From Coprobacillaceae bacterium (GTDB taxonomy: Bacteria > Bacillota_I > Bacilli_A > Erysipelotrichales > Coprobacillaceae), in contig OY776328.1 in NCBI GenBank assembly GCA_963675515.1, forward strand, positions 1,050,001 to 1,082,000: a DNA stretch of 32,000 bases. Direction: 5' to 3'. Below the pieces are notes generated by a model. The model did not search any database and was not told the origin of the DNA. It worked only from the letters and a program-made list of their open reading frames with translations. Each line of letters starts with the position of its first letter. The first letter of the stretch is position 1. The position numbers and the translations under genes were made by a program. Positions 27,500 to 32,000 of this stretch are shown here, piece after piece.

Positions 27500-27994
27500 A
27501 TGGAATATCAAATGCGTCGTGGCAAGCAACAGCTAAGCTGCGAAGAATGTATTGCAATCCTGAAAAACAACACTTCAGGGGTGTTGAGTCTTATCGATAC
27601 CAATGGCTATCCCTATGGTGTGCCACTTTCCTATGTCTTTCATGAAGGGAAACTGATCTTCCATGGAACTAATGCCGGTCAGAAGATGGATGCGATCGCC
27701 ACCTGTGATAAGGCCTCATTTTGTGTCATCGACCGTGATGATGTTGTACCGGAAAAGTTCACAACCCATTACCGTTCGGTCATCGCCTTTGGCAACGTTA
27801 GGGTGCTAATCGACCCGGAGGAGATCGTCGCAAAAGTATCAATCCTTGCACAAAAGTACGCCCCTGGGCACATGGACAGGGCAGAGGGTGCGATTAAAGG
27901 CGCCATGAAGGCGATGGCCGTATTCGAGCTGGATATCGAAAACCTTACCGGCAAGTCCTCGCTGGCATTGATTGACAGACGTCCTGAAAAATAA
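27500..27994 (+). CDS. pyridoxamine 5'-phosphate oxidase-family protein (Nim-like)
   Basis: MRRGKQQLSCEECIAILKNNTSGVLSLIDTNGYPYGVPLSYVFHEGKLIFHG shows the PNPOx/Nim pattern. A GGAGGAGG RBS precedes ATG 27500. The ORF-track start at 27410 lacks an RBS. Confidence 0.85.
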   Translation: MEYQMRRGKQQLSCEECIAILKNNTSGVLSLIDTNGYPYGVPLSYVFHEGKLIFHGTNAGQKMDAIATCDKASFCVIDRDDVVPEKFTTHYRSVIAFGNVRVLIDPEEIVAKVSILAQKYAPGHMDRAEGAIKGAMKAMAVFELDIENLTGKSSLALIDRRPEK

Positions 27995-28130
27995 TGGATA
28001 TGGAAAAACTTTAATGAACATTTTCCATGAAATCATCAGGCTTCGAATCTTCAGGGATCGGGGCTTTTTTTCGTGTATGGGACATCCGCTTGATTTTTGG
28101 TATAATGGAGACAAGAAAGCGGGTGTTATC

Positions 28131-29666
28131 ATGATCAAAGTGCTGCTTACCGGTGCAAGTGGAACAATGGGACAGGAATGTCTCAGACAGATTGCGGGTT
28201 CTTCTCCGGATATCGAACTGATTCTTTTTCTGCGCCCTAGTCAAAAAAACCGCAATATAATGGAACACTATGAACATATTCAAGGCCTTAAAGCAATCTG
28301 GGGCGACCTTGAGGATTATCAGGCCATCTTACAGGCCATCAGGGATGTTGATGTCATCATCCATGCGGGGGCGCTGGTTTCACCGGAGGCTGACAGTTTT
28401 CCCAAGAGGGCGATGAGGGTCAACTATGGTTCGACCCTTAATTTTTTGAAGGCCATTGACGAGCTTGGGTACAACGGCAAGCTGAAATTCGTCTACATCT
28501 CCTCGGTGGCGGTCATGGGTGATAGGATGCCCCCTAACCATTGGGGCCGGGTCGGTGATCCGGCCATGCCCAGCGTCTTTGATTATTATGCCCTTTCGAA
28601 GGCTGCCAGCGAGCGGGAAGTAATCGAATCTAAGTTAGTCGACTGGGTCATCCTGCGCATGAGCGGCATCCTCTCTGGCAAGATGGCCAGAACCAAGGAA
28701 CCGATAATCTTCCACAATCCCCTCAATAACGTCCTGGAATACATCGCTTTGCCTGATGCCGGTGAGATGATAAGCAATCTGGTCGCCAGGGAAGTGAAAA
28801 GGGACATGCCTGCTGACTTCTACGGCCATATCTACAATGTGGGTGGCGGAGCTTCATGCCGGATATCGACGTGGCAGCTGTACGAGAAGGTGTATCGGGA
28901 AATCCTGGGATTTGAAAACCTCGACAAGCTGATCGAACCACAGCTTTACGCCACCCGCAATTTCCATGGCCACTTCTATCTCGACAGCTCCCGGCTAAAT
29001 GAATTCCTTGATTTCCAGCACACGGGGATGGAATATTTCTACCAGGAATTCAAAAAGGGCCTGGGAATAGGATATCATCTGATTAGATTGATGAACCAGG
29101 TGCCATTCCTGTCGAATGTGATGGCTTGGCTGTTCAAGGAAAACTTCCGGAAAACAGCCCGCAAGCCAGGCGGCCCGTTGAACAGTGAGTTCCACGATAG
29201 CCAAAGATACAAGATCCATTATGGCACCAAGCAGGTACCTGAAATCTATTCCCGGTTTCCGTTTTACCAGGACTACACCAAAGTGAAAGCCTTGGAATAT
29301 GGTTATGATAAGGATAAACCTGAAGATACGCTTTGTCTTGAAGATGTCAAAGAGGCAGCCAGATTCCGGGGCGGTATGTGTCTAAGCAAAAGCATGGTTA
29401 CAGGCGACTGGAGAAGCCCTTTGCGGTTCAAATGCGCTATGGGACATGAATTTATGGCAAGTCCCAGGCTGATTCTTGAAGGGGGCTACTGGTGTCACGA
29501 GTGCGAAAAGGACAGTTGGAACTACGATATCCAGCATGAAACGAATCAGTTCATGGCCCAGGTAGCCAACAGCCAAGATCAATCAACAATCACGACTTGT
29601 CCCAAATCGGTCACCCCCGAACAGGTGAAAAAGGAGTTCGAAAGCGGAATCCAAGATAAGCTATAA
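28131..29666 (+). CDS. NAD-dependent epimerase/dehydratase (extended SDR) with a long C-terminal extension of about 200 aa
   Basis: MIKVLLTGASGTMG is a Rossmann motif and YALSK is the YxxxK catalytic motif. A TGgTATAAT extended -10 lies at 28098-28106. The ORF-track start at 27972 overlaps the upstream gene and the promoter. The C-terminal region contains CAMGHEF...WCHEC. Confidence 0.85.
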   Translation: MIKVLLTGASGTMGQECLRQIAGSSPDIELILFLRPSQKNRNIMEHYEHIQGLKAIWGDLEDYQAILQAIRDVDVIIHAGALVSPEADSFPKRAMRVNYGSTLNFLKAIDELGYNGKLKFVYISSVAVMGDRMPPNHWGRVGDPAMPSVFDYYALSKAASEREVIESKLVDWVILRMSGILSGKMARTKEPIIFHNPLNNVLEYIALPDAGEMISNLVAREVKRDMPADFYGHIYNVGGGASCRISTWQLYEKVYREILGFENLDKLIEPQLYATRNFHGHFYLDSSRLNEFLDFQHTGMEYFYQEFKKGLGIGYHLIRLMNQVPFLSNVMAWLFKENFRKTARKPGGPLNSEFHDSQRYKIHYGTKQVPEIYSRFPFYQDYTKVKALEYGYDKDKPEDTLCLEDVKEAARFRGGMCLSKSMVTGDWRSPLRFKCAMGHEFMASPRLILEGGYWCHECEKDSWNYDIQHETNQFMAQVANSQDQSTITTCPKSVTPEQVKKEFESGIQDKL

Positions 29667-29696
29667 ACTGAAATTACAAGTCAATAATTCAAATTT

Positions 29697-29720
29697 AATC
29701 GGGCTTCGGTCCGATTTTTT
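29697..29720 (+). terminator. intrinsic terminator
   Basis: AATCGG-gcttcggt-CCGATT followed by TTTT. Confidence 0.75.
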
Positions 29721-29820
29721 ACCTGAAAGGTTAAATATTGAGATAGTTTTACAATATTTCGATAATGCTTCCAGATACGATTCAGGCTTGATATAATAAG
29801 ACAATATCCGGAGGTATCTT

Positions 29821-30663
29821 ATGGCGCTGATCCAGATCAATATCGCAGTATTGCTGTTTTCCCTGGCGGGAATCCTCGCCAAGTTCATCGCTTTGCCGGC
29901 ATTGGCCATCACCTTTGGGCGGGTGTTCTTTTCGGCGATCACATTGTTTGTCTACAACAAATCCAAGGGGCAGTCACTGAAAATAAATCCGTCAAGCTAT
30001 GGCTTGATGCTTGGGGGTGGAATCCTGCTGGCAATCCACTGGTGGCTGTTTCTTGAATCAATCAAGCTGTCGAGCGTTGCCATTGGAACGATCACCTTCG
30101 CTACCTTTCCCTTGTATCTGACGTTTATGGAACCTTGGCTTTTCAAGGAAAAGATCAAAGTCAAAAATGTCCTGCTTTCATTGGCCATTATCCTGGGGGT
30201 TGTTGTCATGGTCGACGATTTTTCCCTGGCCAGCAGGACGACTTTCGCCATTTTGATTGGCCTGGTGAGCGCGTTTTTCTACAGCTGCCTGACCCTGCTC
30301 AACCGCAAGCTGGTAAAATCGCATGAGGGTGTCCTGATAAGCTTCTGTGAGCAGCTGTTCGCAATGATCGTGCTGTTGCCCTTTGTCGTTGCCATGGGCA
30401 TATTACCGGATCTCAATTCGCTGCTGCTTTTGGTGTTTCTAGGAGTGATTACAACAGCGTTGGGTCATACGCTTTTCGTGTCGAGTCTAAGGACGATAAA
30501 CGGACAAAGTGCCGGAATCATTTCATCGATGGAATCGGTATATGGGATTTTCTTGGCAGTGTTGATCTTGAACGAGTGGCCCACTCTTTCACAGGTGGCT
30601 GGCGGGTTGGTCATCCTGGGTGCGGCAGTCTTCAACCAGCTGGAAATCTCCAAAAAACAGTGA
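29821..30663 (+). CDS. DMT-superfamily (EamA-like) transporter
   Basis: It is a 280-aa protein with about 10 TM segments and two EamA-like halves. A GGAGGT RBS is present. Confidence 0.85.
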   Translation: MALIQINIAVLLFSLAGILAKFIALPALAITFGRVFFSAITLFVYNKSKGQSLKINPSSYGLMLGGGILLAIHWWLFLESIKLSSVAIGTITFATFPLYLTFMEPWLFKEKIKVKNVLLSLAIILGVVVMVDDFSLASRTTFAILIGLVSAFFYSCLTLLNRKLVKSHEGVLISFCEQLFAMIVLLPFVVAMGILPDLNSLLLLVFLGVITTALGHTLFVSSLRTINGQSAGIISSMESVYGIFLAVLILNEWPTLSQVAGGLVILGAAVFNQLEISKKQ

Positions 30664-30778
30664 TGAAAACATTATATTTTTTATAAATTTGAACGCTTAC
30701 ACCACACTTTTTTAATTTTTGTGATATAATTGAGTTGAAGAAATCAACCAAAAATGAAATTTGAAAGGTGGAGTGATC

Positions 30779-31450
30779 ATGAAGTTGAATAAGTTGTCTA
30801 TGGTTTATCTGATTGCGGGTGTAATGACCGTGGTGGCCACGCTTACGGTGTTCCTGGTCAATTCCAACCGCGAATTTGCCTTGCACATATGGCTGGGATT
30901 TTTCTCGATGCTTTATGGTGAAGTGGCTTTCTTTGGGGGCCTGATGCTTATTGAAAAATATGCAAAGGAACGCAACCTGCTTATCCTGAGAACCGGCGGG
31001 GGGATCGTGGTGGGTGTCTATGCCCTTTTCACTTTCATTCTTTCATTCGTTTACATGAATATCGAATACGCTTCAACCCTCACATTCCTGAGTTTTCTAG
31101 GAATCCTGCTTGTCTACACCCTGATTGTCGAATTCATCTTCATCATGGTTTCACGCAGGGTGTTCAAAAAGGAAAACAAACCGCAGGTTAAACAATCTGT
31201 GAAGGATGGCTTCATTGAAGAGCTTGATCTTATTGAAGTCAAAGAACCTTATCTGACCCGGATAAACAGTCTAAAGGACAGCGTGAGAAGTCTTGATGGG
31301 TCCAGGGCTGATGAAATCGCTGAAAGATTCTACCGGACTGTCGGAGAACTTCAAGAACAGGTTCGGACATTTTCGCCTGAAAATGAGATGAAGGTAAATG
31401 AGCTGCTTTCAATACTTGAGGACCTTGCAGTTGTAGAGGTTGTTGCATAA
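30779..31450 (+). CDS. membrane protein (about 4 TM) with a charged helical C-terminal tail; family unknown
   Basis: An AAAGGTGGAG RBS precedes ATG 30779 and a TGtGATATAAT extended -10 lies at 30721-30730. Four hydrophobic segments are followed by an acidic, helical tail of about 90 aa. Confidence 0.7.
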   Translation: MKLNKLSMVYLIAGVMTVVATLTVFLVNSNREFALHIWLGFFSMLYGEVAFFGGLMLIEKYAKERNLLILRTGGGIVVGVYALFTFILSFVYMNIEYASTLTFLSFLGILLVYTLIVEFIFIMVSRRVFKKENKPQVKQSVKDGFIEELDLIEVKEPYLTRINSLKDSVRSLDGSRADEIAERFYRTVGELQEQVRTFSPENEMKVNELLSILEDLAVVEVVA

Positions 31451-31500
31451 TCCCAGGATATTTCCGATTAAATGAATCTTATCGAGAGAAGGTGGGATAA

Positions 31501-32000
31501 TGAAAAGAAAATTACTTTTGCCATGGATTGTCATAATTGTCGCCTTGTTTGTCTTCTGGCCGATTGGCGCTTATCTTATCTATCGCAAGGTTACCCGGGA
31601 TAAGATGGAGCTGCTTAAAAACAGCGGTTCGCTCAACAAGGCCGGACTGATCTTCATAATTGTCGGCTTTGTGATCTTCGCGGGATTCTCATTGTCGGGC
31701 AATTCAACCCTGCGTTCCTTTGCCAACGGCGGGATATTCATCACCAGCGGCGGGGTGGTCATGATATATTTCGGGGTTTCAATCAACCGTCTGGCCAAGC
31801 GCTATCGCAACTACATCCAGATAATAATCAATGACTCCAAGACCAACCTTAGCGAAATCGCCAATCAAATGCATCTAGGTCCAATCAAGGTCGACCGCGA
31901 CCTTCAAAGCATGATCGAACTTGGTTACTTTGGCGAGGCCTATATCGACTATGTCAATGACATTATCGTCATCAAACAAAATGAACCGGATGCAAGCGAG
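31501..32000 (+). CDS. membrane protein with a C-terminal winged-helix-like soluble segment (3' end lies outside the window)
   Basis: This ORF is absent from the ORF track because it has no stop within the window. ATG 31501 follows a GAAGGTGGG RBS and the frame stays open to base 32000. It reads MKRKLLLPWIVIIVALFVFWPIGAYLIY..., with further TM segments, then LSEIANQMHLGPIKVDRDLQSMIELGYF. Confidence 0.7.

Overview
This looks like a chromosomal segment from a low-to-moderate GC Bacillota (Firmicutes)-type genome, with GGAGG-type ribosome-binding sites and hairpin plus T-tract terminators. Family calls were made by eye from motifs; nothing was searched. Housekeeping blocks are purA-guaA (divergent from a LysR regulator), pabA-pabB-pabC and gdhA. 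Between them lies mosaic accessory or decaying material:
1. An AbiEi/AbiEii type IV toxin-antitoxin pair at the left edge. The toxin frame carries an in-frame TAA at codon 18.
2. A visibly AT-rich ~2.2 kb three-gene cassette: a TetR regulator, a PhlG/phloretin-hydrolase-like protein, and an HXXEE membrane protein broken at an A9 tract. It is tightly bracketed by two 24/25-identical imperfect palindromes.
3. A 5'-truncated DUF3307-like gene and an IS3-family insertion sequence with an A AAA AAG frameshift site, just upstream of the pab promoter.
4. A nitrosative-stress-type cluster (YgbA-like protein, GNAT, RIC/ScdA di-iron protein) with a perfect 16-bp palindrome and a shared 10-mer upstream of two genes.
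5. A decayed PucR-like regulator fused by deletion to the remains of an enoate-reductase-type flavoenzyme gene.
6. An unusual single polypeptide combining an unknown N-domain, a PTS EIIB (Lac/Cel type) domain and a degenerate ROK domain, in an operon with a PHP/HisJ-family phosphoesterase.
7. A secreted Big_2-repeat protein followed by a membrane-anchored GH3-like protein that lacks the Asp-His dyad.
8. A TSCPD protein, a Nim-like PNPOx protein, a long SDR, an EamA transporter and two uncharacterised membrane proteins.
I saw no rRNA, tRNA or CRISPR array. The most novel-looking items are the palindrome-bracketed cassette and the EIIB-ROK fusion operon.
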